Virus record (IMG/VR): IMGVR_UViG_3300033067_000074
Coordinates: 1-25,506 of that record
Source: a virus
Taxonomy: Duplodnaviria > Caudoviricetes
Direction: 5' to 3' (one strand)
Length of the DNA: 25,506 nucleotides
A model generated the notes under the pieces. That model saw nothing but the letters and a program-made list of their open reading frames with translations, made no database searches and was not told the DNA's origin. Position 1 is the stretch's first letter; the number at the start of each line of letters is the position of its first letter. Shown here one piece after another: positions 25,173 to 25,506 of this stretch. The position numbers and the translations under genes are program-made.

Positions 25173-25506
25173 TTAGCTCTCCTTCTTCATCAACAAAGAC
25201 CACACTCTCGAAGCCTTTGTCTTCAAGAAATTGACGGCAACCATCACAAGGCCTAGAGCAAGCAAGGTTCCCGTTACGATGAACGCGAACAACGATGACG
25301 CTACAATCACTGTAGTCATCCATATCGCAAGCAAGAACAGCATTAAGCTCTGCATGTAGGTGTCCCCATCCATTGTATTCCTTGGCTACTGGGTGTGTCT
25401 TGTAACTATTCGGTCGGAGTTCTACAACACGACCTCTCTTATCTAGGACGGCGGCTGCCAATCGGTAGCCCCAGCCTACGCCATCAGTGGCGGCTGCTGT
25501 ATCCTT
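25153..25506 (-). CDS. Zn-dependent cytidine/dCMP deaminase-fold protein, 5'-truncated
   Basis: HAE and PCxxC (SRPCDGC) motifs. The frame is open from the window edge (KDTAAATDGVGWGYRLAAAVLD). The 3' end overlaps the polymerase start by 20 nt. Confidence 0.82.
   Translation of the reverse strand, partial: KDTAAATDGVGWGYRLAAAVLDKRGRVVELRPNSYKTHPVAKEYNGWGHLHAELNAVLACDMDDYSDCSVIVVRVHRNGNLACSRPCDGCRQFLEDKGFESVVFVDEEGELIEETLN

Overview
A 25.5 kb fragment of a lytic-type podophage genome (Caudoviricetes). Gene content and order resemble the RNAP-less, class II RNR-encoding Zobellviridae/cobavirus-like group; this is inferred from motifs, not from a search. Two convergent operons meet at a bidirectional terminator (~17095-17144). 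The + strand encodes a 5'-truncated portal, scaffold, major capsid, decoration protein, an embedded lysis cassette (TIGR02594/NlpC-P60 endolysin, overlapping spanins, holin-like protein), tail adaptor and nozzle, and three internal virion proteins. The - strand encodes a 5'-truncated Zn deaminase, family A DNA polymerase, endo VII-type HNH nuclease, SSB, Cas4-like exonuclease, T7 gp3-like resolvase, metallophosphoesterase, class II RNR, MazG-like pyrophosphatase, an HExxH protein and a DUF5664-type dATP/dGTP diphosphohydrolase. Four observations stand out. (1) Four tandem SsrA-tag-like AANDN motifs lie inside the 1660-aa putative ejected protein, a candidate SspB/ClpXP mimicry system. (2) A terminator is interrupted by a 26-nt GCAA-hairpin element that recurs just before the endolysin RBS, a candidate lysis-control RNA switch. 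(3) The polymerase has paired substitutions at the steric-gate Glu and the O-helix Tyr. (4) An HNH gene appears to have captured the original polymerase C-terminus. No tRNA, rRNA or CRISPR array was seen. All calls come from motif recognition by eye.
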